Of a DNA stretch of 32,558 nt, positions 17,246 through 27,354 are shown one piece after another. The notes beneath the pieces are model-generated. The model ran no database searches and was not told the DNA's origin. It was given only the letters and a program-made list of their open reading frames with translations. Position numbers and translations under genes: made by a program. The DNA comes from Candidatus Coatesbacteria bacterium (GTDB lineage Bacteria > JAFGND01), in assembly GCA_016927185.1 (NCBI GenBank), contig JAFGND010000085.1:1-32558 (forward strand), in the 5' to 3' direction. Numbering within the stretch: position 1 is the stretch's first letter; the number at the start of each line of letters is the position of its first letter.

Positions 17246-17787
17246 ATATCCAAATCACTGCCAGGAACTTTGAACTTTCATCTGAATTGAAGGATTATAT
17301 CAATGAAAAATTGAAGAAGATCAAAGAGCATTTTCCAGAGATAATAGATATTGATATAATACTTCAGAAGGAGAAATATAGGGATAAGGCAGAAATTACA
17401 ATCCATGCAATGCATCAAAGAATGTATAGTGAAGAAATCACTAAAGATATGTATCAGAGTATATCAATGGCTATCGAAAAAATGGACAAGAATATCAGGA
17501 AATTCAAGACAAAGATACAAACAAAGAAGAAAAAGGTTCCCGAGCAGAGAATATTCGGTGAGCATCAAATAGTACATCAGGAAAGCGTAGGAGAAGGGAC
17601 AGAAAAACACAAGATTGTCAGTACTGAAGCATTAGTAGTCAAGCCAATGAGTCCGGATGATGCAATTATGGATCTGGAGCTTAATGGCAAGGCTTTTCAT
17701 ATTTTCCTTAATGTTGAAACAAATCAGTTCAATGTTGTTTATAGGCTTATAGACGGGAATTATGGATTGATTATTCCCAAGATGTAA
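17242..17787 (+). CDS. hpf: Ribosome hibernation promoting factor (long HPF/RaiA)
   Basis: MNIQITARNFELSSELKDYINEKL; C-terminal KPMSPDDAIMDLEL...F.IFLN...NVVYR..DGNYGLI. Confidence 0.93.
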   Translation: MNIQITARNFELSSELKDYINEKLKKIKEHFPEIIDIDIILQKEKYRDKAEITIHAMHQRMYSEEITKDMYQSISMAIEKMDKNIRKFKTKIQTKKKKVPEQRIFGEHQIVHQESVGEGTEKHKIVSTEALVVKPMSPDDAIMDLELNGKAFHIFLNVETNQFNVVYRLIDGNYGLIIPKM

Positions 17788-17792
17788 AAAAA

Positions 17793-18761
17793 TTGCAAAA
17801 AGTTGCTGTAAAAAAAATATATAACGACTTGAAAGAAAAGGTTCATCTTGCATTGATAGAAGGGGAAGATGGACTTGACAGGGAAGTTACAGAAACACAG
17901 GTTTACAGACCTGGACTTGCTCTGGCTGGATTCACGGCTTATTTTCCACATAAATGCATACAGATTCTCGGTGGCACTGAAATAACATATCTTGAATCAT
18001 TGTCTTCCAAGAAACGAAATGAGACATTGAGACATCTTCTTTCTTTCGATACTCCTGCATATATAATTGCAAGGGATTTGCAGGTTCCCCAGCAGTTTTT
18101 GAGATTAGCAAAAGAGAGAAAAATTCCTGTAATGAGAACCATATTACCAACCAATACTCTTATATTGAATCTTAATAATTATCTCTGGAAAGTCCTGTCA
18201 GCTCAAGTTACAGTTCATGGTACTCTTGTTGATGTATATGGAATTGGAATGCTTTTCACTGGAGATAGCGGAGTAGGCAAGAGTGAGTGTGCTCTTGATT
18301 TAGTGGAGAGGGGACACAGACTTGTTGCAGATGATGTTGTTAACATAATTAAAAGTCCTGAGGGAATATTGATCGGGAAAGGTAGCGAATTACTTGGTTT
18401 TCACATGGAAGTGCGAGGAGTAGGTGTAATAAATGTTGAATCACTCTTTGGTGTAAGAGCTATCAGAATGCATAAAAGAGTGGAAGTGGAAGTATGTCTG
18501 AGAAGGTGGGAAGATATAATAAAAGTAGACAGGACAGGGCTGGAACTCCAGACATCCAGATATCTTGATGTTGAAATACCTCAGATAATCATACCTATTC
18601 AGCCGGGAAAAAACATTACAGTTATAGTTGAAGTTATAGCAATGAATTTCATGCTAAAAGTATATGGACATGATCCAGCTCAGGAATTTGCCCAGAAATT
18701 ATTGAAGTCCATTCAGGAAAAGAAAACAATAGATTTTTATGTTAGAGGAGACCTGGAATAA
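17793..18761 (+). CDS. hprK: HPr(Ser) kinase/phosphorylase
   Basis: RPGLALAGF, HGTLVDVYGIG, GDSGVGKSECALDLVERGHRLVADD, MEVRGVG. Confidence 0.96.
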   Translation: MQKVAVKKIYNDLKEKVHLALIEGEDGLDREVTETQVYRPGLALAGFTAYFPHKCIQILGGTEITYLESLSSKKRNETLRHLLSFDTPAYIIARDLQVPQQFLRLAKERKIPVMRTILPTNTLILNLNNYLWKVLSAQVTVHGTLVDVYGIGMLFTGDSGVGKSECALDLVERGHRLVADDVVNIIKSPEGILIGKGSELLGFHMEVRGVGVINVESLFGVRAIRMHKRVEVEVCLRRWEDIIKVDRTGLELQTSRYLDVEIPQIIIPIQPGKNITVIVEVIAMNFMLKVYGHDPAQEFAQKLLKSIQEKKTIDFYVRGDLE

Positions 18762-19261
18762 TGAAAGTAGAACTCCTCGTTTTCCCAAAAATTACAGATA
18801 CAACTATATATACAGCCAGGACAACGCTTTACAGAATAGGCTGGAAGGGAAAACTTCTGGATTTGTCAAGAGCCACTTTTTATAAATTCGAAGGTGAATT
18901 TAAAAGTATCAAGGATTTAAAAAACTGGCTTTCATTAAGCAATCATTTCATAAATCCAAACAAACATTTGTATAAGATTGTCAGTGGTTTCGAGAAGCAC
19001 CAGAAATATGATGGGTGGACAAGGATTATAATTCTATATAATGAGATTCTGCCGTCTTTGAAATGTGCTGGTATTGAAGTCTATAACATAATGGAGCAGG
19101 AAGTATATTTTGCTAAATGGTCTGCTATCAGGGAGAAAGATGCATTGAAATCGTCATTATTGATAACCCGTTCAGAATCAAGAGAAAGCGGATTGCTTGC
19201 AAATCCGCATTTGCAAACCTGGCAGATTTATTCAGGCAGAGAATTATGTATATTGGAATAG
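18761..19261 (+). CDS. Hypothetical protein, possibly tandem PurS-like domains
   Basis: 166-aa ORF overlapping the hprK stop; its two halves end in FINPNKHLY and LLANPHLQTW (compare PurS LLANPVIEDY). Confidence 0.6.
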   Translation: MKVELLVFPKITDTTIYTARTTLYRIGWKGKLLDLSRATFYKFEGEFKSIKDLKNWLSLSNHFINPNKHLYKIVSGFEKHQKYDGWTRIIILYNEILPSLKCAGIEVYNIMEQEVYFAKWSAIREKDALKSSLLITRSESRESGLLANPHLQTWQIYSGRELCILE

Positions 19262-20175
19262 ATCTTGGTGGAACAAGCATCAAGGCTGGGATTGTAACCC
19301 TATATGATTCAAATGTTTATGACCACAAGAACATACCAACGCCTATTAGTGAAGGTAAGGAAGCAGTTCTTGAAGCCATATATGATCTTATAAAAACATT
19401 CGATTTGTCTGAAATAAAGGGAATTGGTATTGGTTCAGCAGGTTCCATAGATCCTGAAACAAGAGATATTTTATATTCACCAAATCTCTTTCATGATTTA
19501 TTTCCGCTTGGGACTTTTCTAAGGGAGAAATATGAAATTCCCGTGATGGTTGAAAATGATGTAAGAGTTGCAGCACTTGCTGAACATCACTATTATTATA
19601 AGAGCATCAGGAATTTCATATGCATATATCTGGGAACAGGCATCGGCTCTGGGATAATTGTTGACGGGAAATTACTGAGTGGATGCAGTAATGCAGCAGG
19701 TGAAGTCGGGCATATGGTAATAAATGCAAGAGGCAGTCTTTGTGCATGCGGAAATAATGGGTGTTTTGAAGCCGAAGCAAGCGGACAGGGTGTGTTGAGA
19801 AAGGCAAGAAAAGCTCTGGAAAGCGAGAGAAAGGGACTGCTGTTTGAGAAATATAACAGGGATAAGGCATCCCTGCTTATAAGAGACATAAAGGAAGCTG
19901 CATTGAAAGGGGATCCTCTTGCATCAAATCTATGGGAGGAGTTCATTTTTTTCCTGAGTTTGGGGATATCAAATATAATGACAATTTTCAATCCTGAAGT
20001 GATTGTTCTTGGAGGGGGAGTTCTTGAATCAAATCCGGAGATAATTGATGAAGTAATAAAGCAGGCATGGAAATCTGCAAATCCTGTTTCAGCAAGAACA
20101 TGCAGTCTGACAAAAGTCAATCTCGGGAAGAAGGCATCAATACTGGGTGCTGGATTACTGTTTCTTGAGTATTAG
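19246..20175 (+). CDS. ROK family sugar kinase (glucokinase-like)
   Basis: IGIDLGGT, ENDV..AALAE, LGTGIGSG, GEVGH, CACGNNGCFE, PEVIVLGGG. Confidence 0.93.
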   Translation: MYIGIDLGGTSIKAGIVTLYDSNVYDHKNIPTPISEGKEAVLEAIYDLIKTFDLSEIKGIGIGSAGSIDPETRDILYSPNLFHDLFPLGTFLREKYEIPVMVENDVRVAALAEHHYYYKSIRNFICIYLGTGIGSGIIVDGKLLSGCSNAAGEVGHMVINARGSLCACGNNGCFEAEASGQGVLRKARKALESERKGLLFEKYNRDKASLLIRDIKEAALKGDPLASNLWEEFIFFLSLGISNIMTIFNPEVIVLGGGVLESNPEIIDEVIKQAWKSANPVSARTCSLTKVNLGKKASILGAGLLFLEY

Positions 20176-20191
20176 CTGGAAAGGGAAAAAT

Positions 20192-20620
20192 ATGAAAAAA
20201 ATTATATTTGTAATTGCATTTCTCTTCAGCTTAATATTTGCTGATGAAGAGGCAAACAGCGCAATATTGATTGTGAAAGTGGCTGGATTGAGGAATGCAA
20301 AGGGTGTTGTTAGGGTTGCTTTATATAATAGTGCTGATACATTTGCATCTCCTACTACTTACAAAAGCCTTTCTGTTTCAGCATCAGAAGAATGCAGCGT
20401 GACTTTCAAGAGCATCCCATATGGTAATTATGCGATTGCGTTATTGCATGATGAAAACAAGAACGGGAAAATGGATTACAAGCTTATTACTATTCCTTCA
20501 GAAGGTTTTGGATTCTCAAATAATCCAAAGGTTGGTCTTTCAGCACCAGGCTTCAATTCTGCAAAATTCTCTGTTGATTCATCTGAGAAAACAATAACTG
20601 TGACAGTGAAATATATGTAA
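20192..20620 (+). CDS. DUF2141 family exported protein
   Basis: Signal peptide; G.VRVALY, GNYAIALLHDENKNGKMD, IPSEGFGFSNNP. Confidence 0.88.
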   Translation: MKKIIFVIAFLFSLIFADEEANSAILIVKVAGLRNAKGVVRVALYNSADTFASPTTYKSLSVSASEECSVTFKSIPYGNYAIALLHDENKNGKMDYKLITIPSEGFGFSNNPKVGLSAPGFNSAKFSVDSSEKTITVTVKYM

Positions 20621-20645
20621 TACAAAAATGAATTTAGGGGAGAAA

Positions 20646-21284
20646 ATGAGACAAATATTTACAATTATTTCAATCCTGTTGATGCTGTCTTTTTTAATAA
20701 GCTGTGGTGACGATACATCTGATAATGATGGAGACAACGGCAATACTGATTATTTCCCATTGAAGATTGGCAATGAATGGACTTTCAGGGAAAGCACTGA
20801 TTTATCTCTGTATAGTTATACCATAAAACTGGATAGAAATGCTGCAACAAAGGAAAAAGGTGGAAGTGAAGTATATATGGTTTCTTCAAGGATTGATACA
20901 GGAAATTATGAGGCAGAAACTTATGGTTATTCCCTGACCCAGAATGGTCTTGAAAGAGTGGATTATGAAGATACTTTGGGAGAGGTTTACAGCAGTCAAT
21001 ATATAATGCTCAAGAAACCTTATGATGCAGGAACTACATGGGAGACAATAAGTGAATCTGGTAATGATACTCTGGTCTTTACAATCGTATCTACAAATGA
21101 AACAGTTAATACTGTAGGTGGAACTTTCAGGAATGCCTTGAAAATAGAGATAACAAACAAGAATGAAATAAGCTTCAAGGAGTATGATTATTTCGCTCCC
21201 AATATTGGTTATGTTTTGTTTCAGTTTTATATTTATGAGAAACTTGCAGAAAAGCGCGAACTCAGAAGCTATATACTGAAGTAG
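20646..21284 (+). CDS. Hypothetical lipoprotein
   Basis: Lipobox LIS-C followed by an acidic linker GDDTSDND; DYFPLKIGNEWTF, GTF, YFAPNIGYV motifs. Confidence 0.75.
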   Translation: MRQIFTIISILLMLSFLISCGDDTSDNDGDNGNTDYFPLKIGNEWTFRESTDLSLYSYTIKLDRNAATKEKGGSEVYMVSSRIDTGNYEAETYGYSLTQNGLERVDYEDTLGEVYSSQYIMLKKPYDAGTTWETISESGNDTLVFTIVSTNETVNTVGGTFRNALKIEITNKNEISFKEYDYFAPNIGYVLFQFYIYEKLAEKRELRSYILK

Positions 21285-21286
21285 TA

Positions 21287-22405
21287 CTATTTCCTCTTAT
21301 AATAAGCTTTCTTTCTGTCTGGGTTTTCTTCGTACTCCCTGAATGCAGAGATAAGCGTATCATTCTCTTTCATGTTTCCGATTGTGATCCTTATTCCTTG
21401 CATTTCATTGTCTATGAATTTCAGGAGAATGCCTCTTGATTTACAGAATTTCCATAATTTCAGGGGATTATTCAGCTGGATGAAAACAAAATTCGTATTA
21501 CTTTCAAATAACCTGTCTATGAAAGAGAAATTTTTCAAAATAGCGGATAATCTCTCCCTTTCATCTTTGATTATTCTAATTCTCCTGCCTGTCTTCTTCA
21601 TGTTTTGAGCTGAAAGACATTCAAGAGCGATATTATAACATGGAGCAGGTATGGAGTAGGGAGCCTGGATTCTCCTCAGTATTCTTGTTATCTCATTATC
21701 CGCAATACATACTCCCAGCCTCAATGAGGCCATACCATATGCTTTTGAAAGAGTTCGAAGAATCACAAGATTATCTGATTTTTCCAGATATCTTGTCATG
21801 CTTTTTTCTTTGGAAAACTCTATATAGGCTTCATCTATAACAACTAATGCCTTGTCTTGAAGCTTTTCAGCAATTTCCAGAAGATTATCTTTATTCATGG
21901 TTTTTCCAATTGGGGAGTTTGGATTAGGTATGAAAAGAATTTTTGGATTAGTCTTTCTTATATCTTTTTCTATTTGGCTGAATTTTATTTCATAATCGTT
22001 TTCAGGAAGCAATGGAATTTTCAATAATTTCACTCCCTGAATTTTTGCATAAATTTCGTACATGGAGAAAGTTGGAGGGAATATCATTACCTTATCTTCA
22101 TAAGCCTTGCAGAAAGCTTTTATTAAGAGATCTATTGATTCATCGCTGCCTCTTGATACAAGTATCTTTTCCTTATCAGCATCATAAAGCGATGAAAGCC
22201 TTTCAATGAGTGCAACGGGTTGGCATTCAGGATACTTGTTGAAACTCATCTTCGGAAAAGATTTAATTTCAGGAGAGTAAGGATTTTCATTTGCATCAAG
22301 TTTGATGCTGCAAGATTGATTATCTATTTCATATCCTTTTAATTCCCTTATCTCCTTTCTTGCAAGTCTGGTTAATCTCCCGGAAGATATTTTTGTTTTT
22401 TTCAT
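21287..22405 (-). CDS. hisC: Histidinol-phosphate aminotransferase
   Basis: LDANENPY, GSDESID, PTFSMY, NPNSP, VIDEAYIEF, LRTLSKAYGMASLRLG; AAGGAG RBS before ATG 22405. Confidence 0.93.
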   Translation of the reverse strand: MKKTKISSGRLTRLARKEIRELKGYEIDNQSCSIKLDANENPYSPEIKSFPKMSFNKYPECQPVALIERLSSLYDADKEKILVSRGSDESIDLLIKAFCKAYEDKVMIFPPTFSMYEIYAKIQGVKLLKIPLLPENDYEIKFSQIEKDIRKTNPKILFIPNPNSPIGKTMNKDNLLEIAEKLQDKALVVIDEAYIEFSKEKSMTRYLEKSDNLVILRTLSKAYGMASLRLGVCIADNEITRILRRIQAPYSIPAPCYNIALECLSAQNMKKTGRRIRIIKDERERLSAILKNFSFIDRLFESNTNFVFIQLNNPLKLWKFCKSRGILLKFIDNEMQGIRITIGNMKENDTLISAFREYEENPDRKKAYYKRK

Positions 22406-22440
22406 TTTTCTCCTTGACAATAATTTCAATAATTTGTGTG

Positions 22441-22461
22441 CGTGTTATCGTATTAATACGA
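22441..22461. promoter_or_regulatory. Palindromic operator candidate for the TrpR-like YerC/HisR regulator
   Basis: CGTGTTA-N6-TAATACG (22441-22460) overlaps the perfect palindrome TCGTATTAATACGA (22448-22461) in the 75-bp divergent hisC/yerC spacer. Confidence 0.6.
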
Positions 22462-22480
22462 GAAAGGAGTCAAGTAAAAA

Positions 22481-22807
22481 ATGAAAGAAGGAATGAAAGA
22501 AGGCTATAAAGTAAATGAATGCAGTCTTTATGAGGCATTGAATTTGCTTGAAACAGAAGATGAAGCAAAAAGATTCATTAAAGACTTATGCACTCCAAAA
22601 GAAATAAGAGAAATGGAGGAAAGGTGGTACATTGCAAAACTGCTTTATGACGACAAGCTTTCATACAGGCAAATTAGCGATTTTTCCAAAACAAGCACAA
22701 CAACAGTTACCCGGGTTGCAAGATTCCTGCATGATGAGGAATATCAGGGATACAAAATTATACTGGACAGATTGATGAAGAAAGAAGAAAATGAAGCAAA
22801 GCAATAG
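22481..22807 (+). CDS. YerC/YecD family TrpR-related transcriptional regulator (HisR-like)
   Basis: LYEALNLLETEDEAKRFIKDLCTPKEIREMEERW, SYRQI, STTTVTRVARFL, GY; first gene of the his operon. Confidence 0.9.
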   Translation: MKEGMKEGYKVNECSLYEALNLLETEDEAKRFIKDLCTPKEIREMEERWYIAKLLYDDKLSYRQISDFSKTSTTTVTRVARFLHDEEYQGYKIILDRLMKKEENEAKQ

Positions 22808-23675
22808 ACTTAGGATAGCCATGCAAAAAAGCGGCAAGCTTTCTGAGGGAAGTATTGACTTGATGAAGAAATGTGGGCTTTCTGTTCTTGAAAGTAAGAC
22901 GCAGCTTTTAAGCAGAGTACAGGAGTTGCCAATAGACATCTTGTTGGTAAGAGATAATGACATTCCCAGCTTTGTATCAGAAGGTGTCTGTGATGCCGGT
23001 ATTGTTGGAGAAAACGTATATAAGGAATTCATCCTGTCATCAAATTACAGCAAGTATTCAAGAATAATAGAATTTCTTGGATTTTCCAGATGCAGATTGT
23101 CTATAGCAATTCCAGAAAATATCCAATATTCTACTTTGAGTGACTTGAATGGCTTGAAGATAGCAACTTATTATACTGGAATTCTCAAAGACTTTCTTGA
23201 ATCAAATAATATTAACGCTGAAATAGTCAAGATGCAAGGTTCGATAGAAGTGGCACCTCACATGAATATATCTGATGCTATATGTGATATAGTCTGCACT
23301 GGTGTTTCTCTTGAATCAAACGGATTGAAAGAGATATTAACACTCATGAAAAGTCAGGCAATTCTCATTGGCAACACTGAAATCAATGAAGATAAGCAGC
23401 AGATACTTGATAAACTTCTTAAAAGGATGAAGGGAGTTCTTTCTGCAAGAGAAAGCAAGTATATAATGCTTAATGCTTACAGGAAGGATTTGAAGGCAAT
23501 AACCAGACTTCTCCCCGGAGCAGAATCTCCTACAATATTGCAGCTTGAGGATCAGGACAAGGTTGCTATTCATGCAGTCTGTCTTGAACCTGTTTTCTGG
23601 GAGACAATGGAGAAACTGAAGCAGGCAGGTGCAAGCTCAATTCTTGTAGTTCCAATAGAGAAGATGATGAGCTGA
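22791..23675 (+). CDS. hisG: ATP phosphoribosyltransferase (long form)
   Basis: RLRIAMQKSGKL, RDNDIP, GSIEVAP, DAICDIV; regulatory C-terminus FWETMEKLKQAGASSILVVPIEKM. Confidence 0.96.
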   Translation: MKQSNRLRIAMQKSGKLSEGSIDLMKKCGLSVLESKTQLLSRVQELPIDILLVRDNDIPSFVSEGVCDAGIVGENVYKEFILSSNYSKYSRIIEFLGFSRCRLSIAIPENIQYSTLSDLNGLKIATYYTGILKDFLESNNINAEIVKMQGSIEVAPHMNISDAICDIVCTGVSLESNGLKEILTLMKSQAILIGNTEINEDKQQILDKLLKRMKGVLSARESKYIMLNAYRKDLKAITRLLPGAESPTILQLEDQDKVAIHAVCLEPVFWETMEKLKQAGASSILVVPIEKMMS

Positions 23676-23676
23676 C

Positions 23677-24972
23677 ATGAAAACCTATTTATTATCCAGG
23701 CTTTCTGAAAGCAAGATTGAATCACTATGCAAAAGGAAATGCCTTGTATCAAGAGAAGTAAGAAAATCTGCAGAGAAAATCCGGAAAGATGTAATAAAAA
23801 ACGGTGATGATGCCATTATAAGGCTGACTGAGAAATTCGATGGGGTATTGCTGAAAGATCTGAAAGTCAACGAAAATGCGTTCAAGGAATCAGACAAATT
23901 TCTTTCCAGGGAATTAAAAGAAGCCATTCTGAAAGCAAGGGATAATATCTGGAGTTTTCATGAGAAACAATTGCCAAAAGGGAGAAGAAGAGTTATTTCA
24001 AAAGGCATTAAATGCTGGCAGGAATTTTTCCCTGTGGAAAAGGCTGGATTGTATATACCAGCAGGAACTGCCCCTTTATTCTCTACAGTATTGATGCTGG
24101 GAATTCCTGCCGTGATTGCAGGTTGCTCCAGGATAATCCTTTGCACTCCACCTTGCAAGGAATATGAAATCAATCCAGTGATAATATGGACAGCTAAATG
24201 CATAGGTTTGCATGAAATATACAAGACAGGCGGGGCACAGGCGATTTTCGCAATGGCTTACGGAACAAAGCAGATTCCAGCAGTAGACAAGATTTTCGGG
24301 CCTGGTAATGCATATGTTACTGCTGCGAAACTGTTATCTTCTGAAGTGACTTCAATAGACATGCCTGCAGGACCTAGTGAACTACTTGTTATAGCAGACA
24401 AGACTTCTGATGCAGAATTCGTTGCATCAGACTTGCTGTCACAGGCAGAGCATGGAAAAGATTCACAGGTTGTACTTGTCTGCACTGACAAGAGTAAATC
24501 TGAGGAGATACTTGAGGAGCTGAAACTGCAACTTGAAGATCTTCCAAGAAAGGAGATAATTCTTGAAGCCCTTAAAAACAGTTTTGTTCTTATAGTAGAA
24601 AACATGGAGCAGGCTCTGGAATTTTCCAACAAATATGCACCAGAGCATCTAGTTTTGTCTTCAAGTAACTACAGGAATTATGCAGGACACATCAGGAATG
24701 CTGGTTCAGTATTTCTCGGAAAATTCTCGTCTGAAAGCTTCGGTGATTATGCAAGCGGAACAAATCATGTACTCCCTACAAGCGGTTTCGCAAGAAGCTG
24801 TTCCGGGATAAGCGTTAATGATTTCATGAAATGCGTTTCTTTTCAGCATATAAAAAGAGAAGGCTTGATGAGTTTGGCAACTACAGTCGAAATCATGTCT
24901 GAAAAAGAGGAATTGATTGCTCATAAAAGAGCTGTGTCCATAAGAGCCAGTAAAGCGGGATTTGTGAAATGA
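23677..24972 (+). CDS. hisD: Histidinol dehydrogenase
   Basis: GLYIPAGTAPLFSTVLM, KIFGPGNAYV, IDMPAGPSE, DLLSQAEH, APEHL, GDYASGTNHVLPT. Confidence 0.97.
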   Translation: MKTYLLSRLSESKIESLCKRKCLVSREVRKSAEKIRKDVIKNGDDAIIRLTEKFDGVLLKDLKVNENAFKESDKFLSRELKEAILKARDNIWSFHEKQLPKGRRRVISKGIKCWQEFFPVEKAGLYIPAGTAPLFSTVLMLGIPAVIAGCSRIILCTPPCKEYEINPVIIWTAKCIGLHEIYKTGGAQAIFAMAYGTKQIPAVDKIFGPGNAYVTAAKLLSSEVTSIDMPAGPSELLVIADKTSDAEFVASDLLSQAEHGKDSQVVLVCTDKSKSEEILEELKLQLEDLPRKEIILEALKNSFVLIVENMEQALEFSNKYAPEHLVLSSSNYRNYAGHIRNAGSVFLGKFSSESFGDYASGTNHVLPTSGFARSCSGISVNDFMKCVSFQHIKREGLMSLATTVEIMSEKEELIAHKRAVSIRASKAGFVK

Positions 24973-26036
24973 AGAAAGTTTTATTTGTAGACAGGGATGG
25001 AACTCTTATAGTTGAACCTTCTGAGACTCATCAGGTGAATTCATTGGAAGAACTTGAATTCATACCATTTGTAATATCATCCTTGAAAAAGTTCTTTGAA
25101 TCTGGATATGAGATAGTGATAGTCACCAATCAAGATGGTTTGGGTACTCCTGCAAACAGTCTGGAGAATTTCAACCTTGTAAACAGCAAGATGTTCCAGG
25201 TTTTCGAAAGCGAGGGAATAAGCTTTTCACAAGTTTTTATATGCAGGCATTATGCCAAAGAGAATTGCGAATGCAGGAAACCAAAAACTGGTATGGTAAG
25301 TGAGTATTTATCCAGCAATGAGATAGACATCGCAAATTCTATAATGGTTGGAGACAGACTTACTGATGTGGAGTTTGCAGAGAATTTAGGCATAAGAGGA
25401 TTCTTGCTTTCATCTAATCTTGGCTGGCAGGAAATCACTAAAAAAGTTCTGGCAAGGGAGAGAACTTCTTCTATCAGCAGAAAAACAAATGAGACTGATA
25501 TAAAAATTACCCTTAATATTGATGGTTCAGGTAAATTTGATATTGAAACAGGTATTGGTTTCTTTAATCACATGCTTGAGCAATTTGCAAAACATGGTAG
25601 CTTTGATTTGGAAATAGAAGTCTCTGGCGACTTGAATGTGGATGAACATCATACAATTGAGGATGTGGCATTAGCACTGGGTGAGTGCATAAAACTGGCG
25701 ATAGGAGACAAGAAGGGAATAGAGAGATTTGCATGGGAGAGAATCCTCATAATGGATGAATCAAGAAGCGAGGTTTCAATAGATATTTCAGGACGACCTC
25801 ATGTCGAATTCACGGCTGACTTTGACAAAGAATATGCAGGAGATTTTCCTACAGAAATGGTTAAGCACTTCTTCGAAAGCCTTTGCAGTTCAGCTCAAAT
25901 AAATGCCCATATCATGATTTATGGTGATAATACTCATCACAAGATAGAATCAGCTTTCAAGGCTTTTGCAAGATGCCTGAGGGATGCAGTCAGGATAACC
26001 AGTGATGAAATAAGCTCTACAAAGGGAGTGCTTTGA
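24969..26036 (+). CDS. hisB: Bifunctional histidinol-phosphatase / imidazoleglycerol-phosphate dehydratase
   Basis: HAD domain FVDRDGTL, TNQDGLG, CECRKPKTG, followed by RKTNETDI, FFNHML, DEHHTIED, NTHHKIES, STKGVL. Confidence 0.96.
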   Translation: MKKVLFVDRDGTLIVEPSETHQVNSLEELEFIPFVISSLKKFFESGYEIVIVTNQDGLGTPANSLENFNLVNSKMFQVFESEGISFSQVFICRHYAKENCECRKPKTGMVSEYLSSNEIDIANSIMVGDRLTDVEFAENLGIRGFLLSSNLGWQEITKKVLARERTSSISRKTNETDIKITLNIDGSGKFDIETGIGFFNHMLEQFAKHGSFDLEIEVSGDLNVDEHHTIEDVALALGECIKLAIGDKKGIERFAWERILIMDESRSEVSIDISGRPHVEFTADFDKEYAGDFPTEMVKHFFESLCSSAQINAHIMIYGDNTHHKIESAFKAFARCLRDAVRITSDEISSTKGVL

Positions 26037-26623
26037 AAATAGTCATTGTCAATAGCGGAGGAGTAAATATTTCATCAGTGCAGTTTGCACTCAAGAGACT
26101 TGGATATGACAGCAAGTTCACCGAAGATTTAAGGGAAATAAGAAATGCTGATAGAATAATACTTCCAGGAGTGGGCTCAGCAGGTAATGCAATGAAAATA
26201 CTTTCCAGATACTCACTTTCAGAATATCTTACTGAAACAAGCAAACCGGTGCTTGGAATTTGTCTTGGCATGCAGATAATGTTTGAGTATTCAGAGGAAA
26301 ACGAAACGAACTGCCTTGGAATATTCAAGGGCAAGCTAAAAGAATTCAGGAAAGAAAATGATATGCCCCAGATACATATGGGATGGAATAATTTAGAAAT
26401 TTTGAAGAAAAGCAGGCTTCTTGAAAATATTCCAGATGACAGTTTTTTCTACTTCATACATAAATACTATGTTGAAGTTGATGAAAATTCATCTGCTTCA
26501 TCATGTTACAGTACCATTTTTTCTGCTGTTGTAGAGAAGGATAACTTTTTTGGTTGCCAGTTCCATCCAGAGAAATCAGGAAAGGCTGGTTCGAAGATCC
26601 TTGAGAATTTCATTAGGCAGTGA
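26033..26623 (+). CDS. hisH: Imidazole glycerol phosphate synthase glutaminase subunit
   Basis: ILPGVG, LGICLGMQ, HMGWN, GCQFHPEKS. Confidence 0.96.
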   Translation: MKIVIVNSGGVNISSVQFALKRLGYDSKFTEDLREIRNADRIILPGVGSAGNAMKILSRYSLSEYLTETSKPVLGICLGMQIMFEYSEENETNCLGIFKGKLKEFRKENDMPQIHMGWNNLEILKKSRLLENIPDDSFFYFIHKYYVEVDENSSASSCYSTIFSAVVEKDNFFGCQFHPEKSGKAGSKILENFIRQ

Positions 26624-27354
26624 ATATGGAAATATACCCATCTATAGATATCATGAATGGCAAGTGCGTGAGATTATTCAAGGGTGATTTCAATGAAAGC
26701 ACTCAATATAGTGATAATCCGCTTAATATTGCCTTGAATTATGAAAAACTTGGTGCCAGGTTTCTTCATGTGATAGACCTGGATGGTGCAAGGGATGGAA
26801 TTATCAGTAACATTGAAGCAATATCATCAATATGCAGCAAAACCAGACTGGCTGTCCAGGCAGGTGGAGGGATAAGGAACAAAGAAGATATAGAAATGCT
26901 TATTGGAAGCGGTGTTGAAAGAATAATCACGGGTAGCATTGCTCTGAAAAATCCAGATAGATTAAAAACATGGCTTGAATGGTTCGGGAATGAAAGAATA
27001 GTTATAGCATTTGATATATTTCATGCAGGAGATATACCATATATAATGATAGAGGGCTGGCAGCAAGACAGCAGAATTTCATTATGGGATTGCCTTGAGG
27101 AATGCTGCTCCATAAAAATAAAATACCTTATATGCACTGATATAGACAGGGATGGAACTCTTATGGGATCCAACCTTCTGCTTTACAAGGAGATAAAAAG
27201 AAAGTATCCGGATTTATTCCTTTTCGCATCAGGTGGTGTCAACTCAATTGAAGATGTAATTTCGCTTCAAGAAGCAGGGCTTGATGCTGTTATTATTGGC
27301 AAGGCACTTTATGAAAAAAGGGTATCTCTTAAAGAGGTTCTGGATGCTTGCTAA
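26620..27354 (+). CDS. hisA: ProFAR isomerase
   Basis: [54 protein letters not shown]. Confidence 0.96.
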   Translation: MNMEIYPSIDIMNGKCVRLFKGDFNESTQYSDNPLNIALNYEKLGARFLHVIDLDGARDGIISNIEAISSICSKTRLAVQAGGGIRNKEDIEMLIGSGVERIITGSIALKNPDRLKTWLEWFGNERIVIAFDIFHAGDIPYIMIEGWQQDSRISLWDCLEECCSIKIKYLICTDIDRDGTLMGSNLLLYKEIKRKYPDLFLFASGGVNSIEDVISLQEAGLDAVIIGKALYEKRVSLKEVLDAC

